From the human T2T-CHM13v2.0 reference genome, Homo sapiens, in NCBI RefSeq assembly GCF_009914755.1, contig NC_060929.1: a stretch of 64,000 nt of DNA; one strand, 5' to 3'. Positions 18,557 through 32,150 of the stretch are shown piece by piece. The number at the start of each line of letters is the position of its first letter. The stretch's first letter is position 1. Under the pieces are notes generated by a model, which made no database searches, had not been told where the DNA came from, and saw nothing but the letters and a program-made list of their open reading frames with translations. Position numbers and translations under genes: made by a program.

Positions 18557-19524
18557 TGTAGGGGTGGGTTGCCCCTACACACCTGTGGGTGTTTCACGTA
18601 AGGTGGGACGAGAGATTTGGAAAAGAAAAAGACACAGAGACAAAGTATAGAGAAAGAAATAAGGGGACCCGGGGAACCAGCGTTCAGCATATGGAGGATC
18701 CCGCCAGCCTCTGAGTTCCCTTAGCATTTATTCATCATTTGTGGGTGTTTCTCGAAGAGGGGGATGTGTCAGGGTCACAAGACAATTGTGGGGAGAGGGT
18801 CAGCAGACAAACGCGTGAACAAAGGTCTTTGCATCATAGACAATGTAAAGGATTAAGTGCTGTGCTTTTAGATATGCATACACATAAACATCTCAATGCT
18901 TTACAAAGCAGTATTGCTGCCCGCAGGTCCCACCTCCAGCCCTAAGGCGGTTTTTCCCTATCTCAGTAGATGGAGCATACAATCGGGTTTTATACCGAGA
19001 CATTCCATTGCCCAGGGACAGGCAGGAGACAGATGCCTTCCTCTTGTCTCAACTGCAAGAGGCATGCCTTCCTCTTATACTAATCCTCCTCAGCACAGAC
19101 CCTTTACGGGTGTCGGGCTGGGGGACGGTCAGGTCTTTCCCTTCCCACGAGGCCATATTTCAGACTATCACATGGGGAGAAACCTTGGACAATACCTGGC
19201 TTTCCTAGGCAGAGGTCCCTGCGGGCTTCCGCAGTGTTTGTGTCCCTGGGTACTTGAGATTAGGGAGTGGTGATGACTCTTAAGGAGCATGCTGCCTTCA
19301 AGCATCTGTTTAACAAAGCACATCTTGCACCGCCCTTAATCCATTTAACTCTGAGTTGACACAGCACACGTTTCAGAGAGCACGGGGTTGGGGGTAAGGT
19401 TATAGATTAACAGCATCCCAAGGCAGAAGAATTTTTCTTAGTACAGAACAAAATGGAGTCTCCCATGTCTACTTCTTTCTACACAGACACAGTAACAATC
19501 TGATCTCTCTTGCTTTTCCCCACA
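18557..19524 (-). mobile_element. HERV-K(HML-2) LTR5_Hs solo LTR, full length (968 bp)
   Basis: The minus strand begins TGTGGGGAAAAGCAAGAGAGATCAGATTGTTACTG and ends GGGGCAACCCACCCCTACA. TATAAAA is at 18988-18994, AATAAA at 18727-18732, and the 6-bp flanks are TGTATC/TTTATC. Confidence 0.97.
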
Positions 19525-20620
19525 TTTATCAATCATTTTCTTTGGGGATAGTGTTTTGTCTTATTGAAGAAATTTTTACCTGCCTCCTAAGGAGCCTTAA
19601 AAATCTCCATATGCCCACAAAGCCCCACTGTTCTAACGTCTATTTTGTGCTAGAAAATAAACGAGGCACTGTCCCAGAGGCTATGCCTATCTTGTGGGAA
19701 AACTGTCTTCATCATCATTTGCTAAGCTGGGAGATGATCGGGATGAGGACAATCTCCATGGCTCCCGGCATCTGATCCCTTCCTGCATTAGAGAGAGTGG
19801 GTCTGATGCCGTCGTGGGCCCAGCCCCACCTGCACCCCACGGGGAAAGGGCAAGAGGAATGGAGAAGGTGTGGTGTCCTTGGGCAGAGCCAGCCCAGAGA
19901 TGTGGTTCTGCAAACAGAATGAGGGTACAGATGAGTCTGCCTGCATCGCCACGGGGCTCCGGGGGCTGCAGGAGGTGGGAGAGAAGCAGGTAGAGGAGGG
20001 ATCCAGCAGGAAGAAGAGCAGAGCATTCTCCCTGGAAAGGGAGAAAGAAGGACGCACCTTTCATTTAACAGCTCAGTGTTCCAGTGACCGGAGGTGAGGT
20101 CGCAGCTGCTGGTCCCACAGAGCCTGTCTCTGGCGTTAGTTGTTTAGATGTCAGAATTGGTGAAAAGTTTGAGATTGTACCAGCTGGTCCGGGAAAGGTG
20201 ATGGGGGAGCTATAAAGCTTGCGGCAGGGCAGTCAGGGATGACCGGTGCACAGGGGCTCCAGGGCACGTGAGCCACACGGTGCTTAGGGCCAGGCCTCCC
20301 AGGAGTGACCCAGACCAGCCTTTTCTTCCTCATCCTCTCACTCTCTGAATTCAAAAGCTTGAACATGCCACGAAATGTCCACCCAATAAAAAGAAAGTAT
20401 TTGCCTACTGGGCTCAGACATGGTATTAAGGAAATTGCAAATCTACTGACTGTGACAGAAAGCAAATCAGTGGCTGCTTGGGATGGGGTGGTGTGGGAGG
20501 GGCTGTAGGGAGGGATTCCAAAGAATCATGAGGAAGCTTTGGGAGTCGTGATGCTCCTGGTCATGGTTTTGCGGGTGCGTACGTGTGTCAACATTGATCA
20601 AAAAAATTTGTTTTTTTTGA

Positions 20621-20839
<219 letters not shown>

Positions 20840-21344
20840 TGATTCACCCACCTCGGCCTCCCAAAGTGCTGGGATTACGGCGTGAGCCACCATGCCTGGC
20901 TTGTTCTCTTGTATGTCAGTTACCCCTCCATGAGGCTGCTAAACATCTTCCCAGCACACACACGCACAGACACACACCTGCATGCCCTCACGCAGTTTGC
21001 AAGGCAGTGGTTCAAGTTACACTTTAATCCCTCAAGCGTGCTCATCTCACTCTCTGAACCTGCCCTCTTGCAGGGTCCATGGTTCTTCCAAGTGTCCTGG
21101 TCACAAGGCAGCTGGATCGACACTCAGAGATATAGAGCAGAGCAGAGTGTGGTCCCTGAATCTATCTCGCCCCCACAATCTTTACACACAGAGACCTTCC
21201 CAGGAGCTGTGACTTGAACTTCACAATCTGCAGGGTCCACCCAGGAGCCGTGTCCTCCTCACAGGCAATTGGATCCCCTCCTCTCTCCACCTGTGTGGGA
21301 AGATTGGAAACAAAAAATAGAGAACGTGGGAGGTAAAACACTAA

Positions 21345-21924
21345 GGGGATGGGCCACAGCTGAGCATCCCCAGGACAGAGGGAAACACTGAGGGGGTGGA
21401 TGGGCCACACCTGAGCATCCTCAGGACGGAGGGAAACACTGAGGGGGTGGATGGGCCACACCTGAGCATCCTCAGGACCGAGGGAAACACTGAGGGGGTG
21501 GATGGGCCACACCTGAGCATCCTCAGGACAGAGGGAAACACTGAGGGGGTGGATGGGCCACACCTGAGCATCCTCAGGACAGAGGGAAACACTGAGGGGG
21601 TGGATGGGCCACACCTGAGCATCCTCAGGACAGAGGGAAACACTGAGGGGGTGGATGGGCCACACCTGAGCATCCTCAGGACAGAGGGAAACACTGAGGG
21701 GGTGGATGGGCCACACCTGAGCATCCTCAGGACCGAGGGAAACACTGAGGGGGTGGATGGGCCACACCTGAGCATCCTCAGGACAGAGGGAAACACTGAG
21801 GGGGTGGATGGGCCACACCTGAGCATCCTCAGGACCGAGGGAAACACTGAGGGGGTGGATGGGCCACACCTGAGTGACCTCAGGACCGAGGAAAACACTG
21901 AGGGGGTGGATGGGCCACACCTGA
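21345..21924. repeat. 51-bp VNTR, ~11.3 near-identical copies
   Basis: Unit GGGCCACACCTGAGCATCCTCAGGACAGAGGGAAACACTGAGGGGGTGGAT starts at 21351, 21402 ... 21912. Confidence 0.97.
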
Positions 21925-23887
21925 AGGCCCCCGGACAGAGTGAAGGACAGCTGTTGTTGGGATGATAATTCCACATCTTTGGAGAACAAGAATTCCAGGT
22001 GGTTTTCTTCTCTCCAAACAGCATGGTTATGAACTAGCTCTCACTCCAGGAGGCTTTAAGGCTCCATATAATATCTGTGGTAATAAAGAAAAACAGGCCA
22101 GGTGCCACGGCTCACACCTGTAGTACCAGCACTTCGGGAGGCCAAGGTGGAAGGACCACTGAGGCCAGGAGTCTGAGACCAGCCTGGGCAACGTAACAAG
22201 AGCCCATCTCTATAAATAATTTCAAAAACGTAAAAAGAAAAGAAAAACAAATAGTGGTAACTGTCACAACTAACATATAGTTACAAACAAAAATTTACAC
22301 CAAGGTGAAAAAAAATCAACTTTTTTTTTTTTTTTTTTTTTTTTACCAAAACGATGCCTCAGTCTAGGAAGAGGTGCTTCCTCTCTGGAAGCAGCTGAAC
22401 ACCTGAGCTGCTGTCCACAGGCGGACGGACTCTCCAGGAGCCCCCAGTGGGCCTCGGCTCCTCCACGTCAGCTCCTCTCTTGTCCCTCTGCTGGTCCACG
22501 GGGGCCGCTGCAGCTGGCCAGGTCTCCTGGGAGTCAGAGGGGGCCATGGGTTCCACCCCAGGGCCCACCTCATCAGCACAGTGCTCTCACCATCTGAGCA
22601 CCAGCCCAGAGGAAAAGGAGAAAGAATGGGTGATGCTGATCCCCCAAGCAAAATGGAAACCCCTCCACCTCCCACCCTCAAAAGCACCCAACAACGGGCC
22701 CTGGGCACTGAGGGCCTCACGGGCAGCTGTTTGCATCACAGTGAAATCTACAAAGTTCCCATGGCACGTGAGTGGACGCTTCCTCCACACGGGAATGTCC
22801 GGCTGCCCCAAGGAAGGCTGCAATAATGTTGAGATCTTTGAATAGGAGCAAGGGATCAAGGCCGATGGCCTCTCTGAGGGCCTCAGTTTCCATCCATGTG
22901 GGCAAGCTCCCCTTTGGGAATCTGGGTTATGGTTCCCGAGATGGGGACAAGAGGCATCCGCTGACGGCTATATTTACAAAAATCCATCAAGTCGACACGC
23001 TTGTGAGAGTCAAAGCAGTACAGTAACTCACTGGAAAAGTGAAAAATTCTCACCTTCACACCCACAGAGATAACGGGGGCGGCGTGGGGGCAAGCCGAAC
23101 GCATGCGTGTGCTCTGTGCACTCACCGCCGCCCTCTCCGCGGCTGTCTGGCTCCTGATTTGCATAGTGAGAGGCAGACACCAGGCTTGAATCAGGAGGGG
23201 CAGCGCCTTGTCCCAGTGAGTTTGGGTCTTGAGACAGTGAGTAGCAAGGGTGTAGAAAGGAAGGGATTTATCGACAAAGTTATCTGACTTTGATTCTTGA
23301 GCTCAATAGGGAGAGTTTGAATAAAAAGGAACACCGATACTAACACACGTTAAATAGACGAACTGCTTCTAATATTTGATAGGCAATAAATGTCGCATTT
23401 GTTTATACTTCCTAAGCAAAGTCAAGTCTCGTTCTCAGTTGCTCATTTTCAGAAAGTGAGAAAGTCCAAGATCTCATGGGCCCCTCCCCTTCCTCGGGTT
23501 ATGGACACCAGGGCCCTGGGGACTGCAAGCTGGGGAGGTCTCCCGGGAGTCAGAGGGGGACATGGAGGAGAGCGGAGGAGAGAGTGCTGTTCTAGGGTGT
23601 CATTAGGTGGCTGTCAGATCCCTGCTCCTACATTCAGTAGGGAGTGACCTTCGGAAAATTATGTAGCCTCCCTAAGTCTCAGTTTTCTCACCTGAAAAAT
23701 GGAGCTGATGGTAATACTCCTCATCCAGGAGAACAGCATGTGTTGACCATCCTCGTGGCATTCTTTTTAAGAGCTGCACAGCACTCCATTGTATGGGCAT
23801 TAAATCATTTATTTATTGTGTGCAATCTCGGCTCACTGCAACCTCTGCCTCCCAGGTTCAAGCGATTCTCCAGCCTCAGCCCCCTGA

Positions 23888-24088
<201 letters not shown>

Positions 24089-24249
24089 TGAACGCCATGA
24101 AACCAGCAGCTTTGCTGTCACCACCAGAGGGACTCACATGATTTGGAGAATTTTCAAATAGGGATATTGATGCAAACAAACAGGAAGGACCAGTAGCTCT
24201 GCTCTTCTCCTCAGAGACCAGAACCTGCCCAAACCACCCAGCATCACTG

Positions 24250-26330
<2,081 letters not shown>

Positions 26331-26899
26331 TTGAAAATACTGAATTGATTTGTCACAGGGTATGTGTGTATATGTGTGTGTGTGTATGTGTGTGTGTGTA
26401 TGCCAAATATTCCAAAATTTCTCATGCACTTTAACTTTTATTGATTTTAGAAGCAAAAATATTGCAAATATATAAAAATATTCTTTGAAGGTTTAGTTCA
26501 ATTTTATACTTTTTTAGTCCTATGAATTTTAATAATAAAGAATTGATTTAATTTTTGATTAAGTCTAGCTGAAGACAGTAAAGATTAATTGAAGCAAAAA
26601 TTATAAAAATTTATTCAAAACTCACAATGATAAACAAGTATAAAAATGTAAGCTCTATGTCTGAGTTGAAGCAAGGCAAGAACATATTGTGTGGGGAGGT
26701 TAGAATTGCAGGCAGAGGAGACCCTGGAGCAATAATCCCTGGAAATAACAGGAATTTCGGGGACAAATCCAGATCCTCAAAAACTGTGAAACTGAGAGAG
26801 TCTGAGCAGAGTTCTCCAATGAACCAGGTATCATCTGTGTGCCAGGGTGAGAGGACGGAAAACGGGCCAGGTCTGTCTCTGACAGGTTGAGAAGGTGGA

Positions 26900-27082
26900 G
26901 TGGGAAGGAGGGATCCGGAAGGCCAGGAGGGTGGAGGGAACTGCAGGGGTGGGTGGTGGTGGGCGGGGCTGGGCTTTAGCCTCCTCCTCCCACTGCCCAC
27001 CCCACCCTTAGGAGCCCTTTGTGAGGGGGAGGCCCCAGCTCTGTGATGTGGACCTGGGCCCCAATAACTTGTCCCAGAGGGG
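26900..27082 (+). promoter_or_regulatory. Putative TATA-less promoter of the SPATA31J1-like gene
   Basis: G-rich GC/GT boxes (GGGGTGGGTGGTGGTGGGCGGGGCTGGG) immediately upstream of coding exon 1. Function is inferred. Confidence 0.45.
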
Positions 27083-27304
27083 ATGCCCAGGGCTCAGTTG
27101 CCTGAGGACAGCAGTGCAGTTGACATGGATATTCTCTTTCCTCTGCACAGTGTTATTGGTACAGAGCTGTGCCCCAGCCCCATTCCCCAGATCATCCATT
27201 TCGTCCTCTTCATTGTGTTCAGCCTGGTGATCCTGATCATCTTATGCCCCTACATTCCCAGGGAGCCATCCTCAGTGCCTCCCAGAGAGGAGGACAGCGA
27301 GAAT
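27083..27304 (+). CDS. C5orf60/SPATA31J1-like paralog, coding exon 1 (contains a predicted TM helix)
   Basis: MPRAQLPEDSSAVDMDILFPLHSVIGTELCPSPIPQIIHFVLFIVFSLVILIILCPYIPREPSSVPPREEDSEN, 222 nt, followed by the donor GTAAGG. It closely resembles the recalled C5orf60 N-terminus. A second in-frame ATG at 27125 has better Kozak context (gacATGG). Confidence 0.85.
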
Positions 27305-28015
27305 GTAAGGAGCCCTCAGCCCACACCCAGCAGAGAATGCTTCTATTTTTCCTGCTCTCTTTTCCACTTTTCCACATCAGCCAGAGGCGCTCCTGTGATG
27401 GGAACTCTCATCATCCCTCTAGGGACAGCAGGGCAGGCAGGGGTTGGAGTGGGCATAGGATTTCCAACCCAAGCCCCCAGACCATCTGTGGAGGTGCACG
27501 GGAGGCGTCAGAGCAAAACCAAACCCCAGGACTCAGCGGCGAGGACCCGGTCATGAGAGGGGTGAGGTCTCTGTGGAAGGACAGGCCCTGAGCCCGGGCT
27601 CATCAGCCGCCTTCCTGGGCAGGCGCCTCGGGGCCCAGCCTCTGTGTGAGGTGCTCTGGGGGCTGTGCTGAGCCCCTGAGAGCCTCCCACCTGAGACTGG
27701 AGTCGCCCCTGGCCTCCTCGGAAGCAGAATCCTCCCTGCCAGCTCAGAGGCACCTGCAGACCCAAGAGTGTGTGTTTCCCAAGCAGCGGAACAGGGACTG
27801 AGGATGCCCAGGGCAGGCCTCACATAGAAAACCCCTCCATGCTTTCCAGAGAAGGAAACCAGAAAAGGTTATTACGCACTTTAGAAACCAGTGAAAGAGA
27901 AGCACACAGGCTCCATGAGCTGGGCGGAGAAAGTGTGTCATTCACGAGCACTGGGTCTGCAGCTGTGGGGACAGGAGACTGAGACCCGGCCTGCACCCTC
28001 TTTCTTGTCTCTCAG

Positions 28016-28073
28016 GATCAAGCTGAAGTGGGGGAATGGCTCAGGATCGGAAATAAATATATCACTTTGAAAG
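28016..28073 (+). CDS. C5orf60/SPATA31J1-like paralog, exon 2 (58 nt)
   Basis: Acceptor TTTCTTGTCTCTCAG, encodes DQAEVGEWLRIGNKYITLK, donor GTAAGG. The phase fits exon 1. Confidence 0.85.
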
Positions 28074-28618
28074 GTAAGGCTCTGAGGGTCCCAGAAGCCC
28101 CCAGAGGTGACAGCTTCACCTGATCCTAGGAACATGCTGCTTGTCTCCAAGGAATTCATTTTCAGAGGCCTGAAGGGAACCTCCTAGGAGAGAAATTGGA
28201 ACCCAGGATCCCTCTCCATGGGATGAAGCCATGGGGTCCAGGAAGCAGGTGTTGCCCAGGAGGGGACCGTGTGGGGGAGGGGACCAGTGACCACCTGGAC
28301 ATGCAGGAGGGGCTGCAGGTCCATGTGGGCAGCTGTTTAACATGGCTGAGCCCTCTCTAAGGCCACCCTGTCCTCTCTCCTCAGGAGGTGGTCGTGACCC
28401 CCATGATGGGGCGTGTCAGGAGGCACTCTATAAATGAGAAAACGCTGCCCACCGGGCATCTGGCTATCACTCCTGGGGCCCTGTGGCCTTGGACAGGGAT
28501 GCTGGGGCTCCAGGGTCTAATCCCCGATCCCGGGGTCTCCCCTAAGGGCACACGCACTCGGCCTCCTGTAAGTCCCAGTTCCCTCCCTCGCCACCATAAC
28601 CCATCTCCTGCTTTCCAG

Positions 28619-28679
28619 ACTGCAGAATTCTCTTGAAAGAATTGGAGAACCTTGAGGTCTACACTTTCCTGCTGGAAAA
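28619..28679 (+). CDS. C5orf60/SPATA31J1-like paralog, exon 3 (61 nt)
   Basis: Acceptor CTCCTGCTTTCCAG, encodes (D)CRILLKELENLEVYTFLLE(K), donor GTGAGG. The 58/61-nt exon pair is typical of SPATA31 genes (recall). Confidence 0.85.
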
Positions 28680-28898
28680 GTGAGGCTCTTCCCCTTCTCT
28701 CCCGTGTCCTCCTTCCTACCAGGACCTAGGATGCCACCCCAGGGCCTGGGGCTGATCTGGGAGGGGAGATCACGGCCGTTATGTCACTAAAGCCCTGGGC
28801 AGGGGTAGGCAGAGCTTTGTGAAGTCAGCAGGGGGGCCCTGGAGGTCCACAGGTGCCCAGTGCTCCCGGCTGCAGCCTGTGCCTCCTGTCTCCTGCAG

Positions 28899-29619
28899 GC
28901 GCCTGAAGAAGCTCTCTAGGGAGGGCAGCTCCCATCACCTTCCACGCCCAGTCCGCCCAGGGGCAGTGTACAAACCAGCACCTGCTAGGAACCACCGGCC
29001 ACGTGGGGGGCGTGGGAAAGCTTCTCCCACCAGCTTCCATGTGTCCCCACGGGCTCCCCCGGCTCCTCTGGCCTCCATGCCGTCATCAGTCCCGAAGACC
29101 TCCATAGAGTCCCTTGGGTCTCCATCATCCCTGAGCTCCTCCCAGGCATCAGAGCCTCTGTGTCCCCTGAAGCACCCTTCACACCGGCCACCTGCAAGCA
29201 CCCTATCACCAAACCCGACCAGCTCCACAGAATCCTTGGGGTATCTGTCATCCCTCAGCTCCTCCCAGCCACCAGAGCCTTTGCGTCCCCTGAAGCACCC
29301 TTCACACAAGCCACATGGGCGTTCCCCTCCCCGACGACGGAATCCTGGCTGGGTGTCCTGGTCCGACTCCATGCAGGCTGATTCCGAAACTGACGCCATA
29401 ATATGCCCAATGTGCAAGGCCCCTGAGCGCTCCTGTCCACACACCTGGTGGGTGCCTTCTAGCCCTCGAGTGATCCGAGGCGTTGGTCGCTGCAGTGATC
29501 CCAACCTGGGCCTCTCCTGGAGGCAGGAGGCTGCTAGAGCCTGGTGCCACTGCACCTCCTCACAGTACCCATTCGAGCACCCTAATCTTCCCACCCACCT
29601 ACCAAAGGCTTCCTTCTAG
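28899..29619 (+). CDS. C5orf60/SPATA31J1-like paralog, exon 4 (Pro/Ser-rich) to the TAG stop
   Basis: Acceptor CCTCCTGTCTCCTGCAG, in frame with ORF 28819..29619 (RLKKLSREGSSHHLPR...PTHLPKASF*). Total spliced CDS is 222+58+61+721 = 1062 nt, or 353 aa. Confidence 0.85.
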
Positions 29620-29897
29620 GGAGACCCCACATGCAGGCAGATGGAGGCAGGGCTCACACTGGCCTCCAGGGCTGTGCAACTGGCATATTATTTTGCACAT
29701 AACTTGGCTCAGGTTTGTGAGGTCTGATTTTTAAAATGAAGCAACAATCACATAAAGATTTTCAAACAAATAAGTCAAATGTATGGCAGTATTTCTATTT
29801 TATCCTATGGCAAAATAATTCTTCCTAATTTTAATATTATTTTGTTCCTTAAAATTTAATACCTTCAAATGATATTACCTATGTTTCCAGGATTTGA

Positions 29898-30279
<382 letters not shown>

Positions 30280-31641
30280 TAATTCTAAGAAATGCACATT
30301 TTCCAAGACTCAGGAGGTCAGGCTTCATTTTATATTCAGTAAAGGGTTTAAAAAGGATGTGATGCTCCAAATAAACTGAAATCTTACACAGCTTCTCACG
30401 GAATGTGTGCCTGAGACAGACGCACAGCCATCCCAACTACTGGGAAGAGGCGTCTTATCATCCGAATTGAAGAAAGTGTCCATTTAGTCAACATGTGTAT
30501 TAGAATAATGAAAGGCCTCACTACTTATATGCCCAGCACTTTCTAAAGGGTGCACTTTGGTTAGACTGTGTATTTCTTACTGCTCATAAGTAACACATTG
30601 TCGTTGGCTTGTTAAAGTCTGCTTTAATATCATCTGTCAAGTATGTGTCACTGGTGAAGTCTCTCAGATTATCCCTCAGGGTGAAAGCATCACACTCCTT
30701 TCTTCAAAAGGAGCAAAGTCGACACGAGGGCCCTTGCAGCCAATTTGTTCCAACAAGAACTTCCCTCCTATTCCTTATAATTACAAATTTATACCTATTA
30801 TATTTTCTATTTTACTCCCTTCAATGTCATTGAATCTCAAAATGATGAAACACGGTCATGAGTGTCCTCTAGTACACCACTGGCTTGTATTCTTTTTATA
30901 GTGTGCCAGATGTTTAATCATCAGAAAAACGGACCAATTAGGAAAGATTTCCATATAGAAAATACATTACAGAGTACTGCACCCTTTTTAAACTGACTTT
31001 TTATACAGGTTTAAACTAAATGATCATGTCTTTTGACTTAAAGTTGTTTGGGGTAGCCACAATGTCTGAAAACAGACTACTGTCCATAATAAATAGTTTA
31101 TTGTTATGACATGTTTAATGTGCTGCCCCTCACTAGGAATTCTTAGTTCAACAGGTTGTGCAAAACCGCAATGCATGGTGTGCCTTAAAGCAACGTTCCC
31201 ATCATCTGCTGCACCTGCGTCCACCATACATTGCTGCAGATGATTTATGTGTCCAACTTCCCGGGTGTAAACTTATGCCTTTACCCCAGAAGAATAAGTG
31301 GGTTCAATCTATTAGAAAAATACTGTCAATATTTCCAGACTTCTTTATTTTTGGAGACAGGGTCTCACACCCAGGCTGGAGTGCAGTGGCACATCACGGC
31401 TCATTGTAGCCTTGAACTCCTGGGCTCAAACGATCCTCCTGCGTCAGTCTCCCGAGTAGCTGGGACCAACAGGTATGTGCCACCATGCCTGGCTAATTGC
31501 TTTTTTTTTTTTTTTTTTTTTTTTTTTTTGGTGGAGATTGTGTTGCCTAGGCTGGTCTTGAACTCCTGGCCTCAAGTGATCCTCCCACCTCAGCCTCCCA
31601 GAGTGTGGGATTACAGGCATGAGCCACCATGTCTGGCCTTG

Positions 31642-32150
31642 GTTTTGAAATAGATATTTATTTAAAATAGGTTTCACACTGATTTCAATAAATCAGGCAC
31701 TCCAGAACACAATGTATAGGGTGGCAATTATATGTTGACTTCTTAATACTCCAAGAGATAAAGATCTTTTCCAAATAAGCAAAAAAAGTAGTCATTGTGC
31801 AATATTAGCCTCTAAGAGCAATTTCCCTTTATAGACTACAATATTACTGACAGTTTCATGCACTTTTGCTTTATAAAGAACTCCACAGGAAGAAATTTCC
31901 CCAGTCTTTCCCGGTAGACACAGCTACATTTTCTGTCACACACAAACCATTGTCACAGTACAGCATGTCCAGATCCAAAGAATCAAGGGGTTTCACAATT
32001 GCTTCCCCAATGTATGCCATGAGGTTGGTCAGATTTGAAACCATTCCCGTGACAGGATCAATCTTTATAATTGTGCCCCTGCCGTATGGATGGTTTGCAT
32101 TTCCCAAACAGGAGTGTCCTGGGTTACTCAGAGGTGTGCCATGGAGCCCT
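31642..32150 (-). pseudogene. Processed pseudogene of PTS (6-pyruvoyltetrahydropterin synthase), frameshifted, with 3'UTR
   Basis: Minus-strand frames give LFGKC..[38 protein letters not shown] and LYKAKVHETVSNIVVYKG. These parallel PTS [49 protein letters not shown] and LYKVKVYETDNNIVVYKGE. It is intronless, and the following sequence resembles the recalled PTS 3'UTR up to an AluJ at ~31345-31640. Confidence 0.9.

Noticed and set aside
21162-22024. Long repeat ORFs (189-275 aa) and a CRISPR-like appearance
   Set aside because: Head-to-tail 51-bp units with no unique spacers and no cas genes. The ORFs follow from a stop-free unit whose length is divisible by 3.
22321-23100. Poly-T followed by 3'UTR-like sequence, a possible minus-strand retrocopy
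   Set aside because: No poly(A) signal next to the T-tract, no TSD and no recognisable parent. A BLASTN search would be needed.
28386-28440. Extra acceptor (CTCTCTCCTCAG) inside intron 2 of the SPATA31-like gene
   Set aside because: No convincing donor follows, and the four-exon model is already in frame without it.
30300-31340. Unique AT-rich sequence with short protein-like stretches
   Set aside because: Stops in all frames and no family I can recognise. The same holds for 13600-14480 and 46260-47220.
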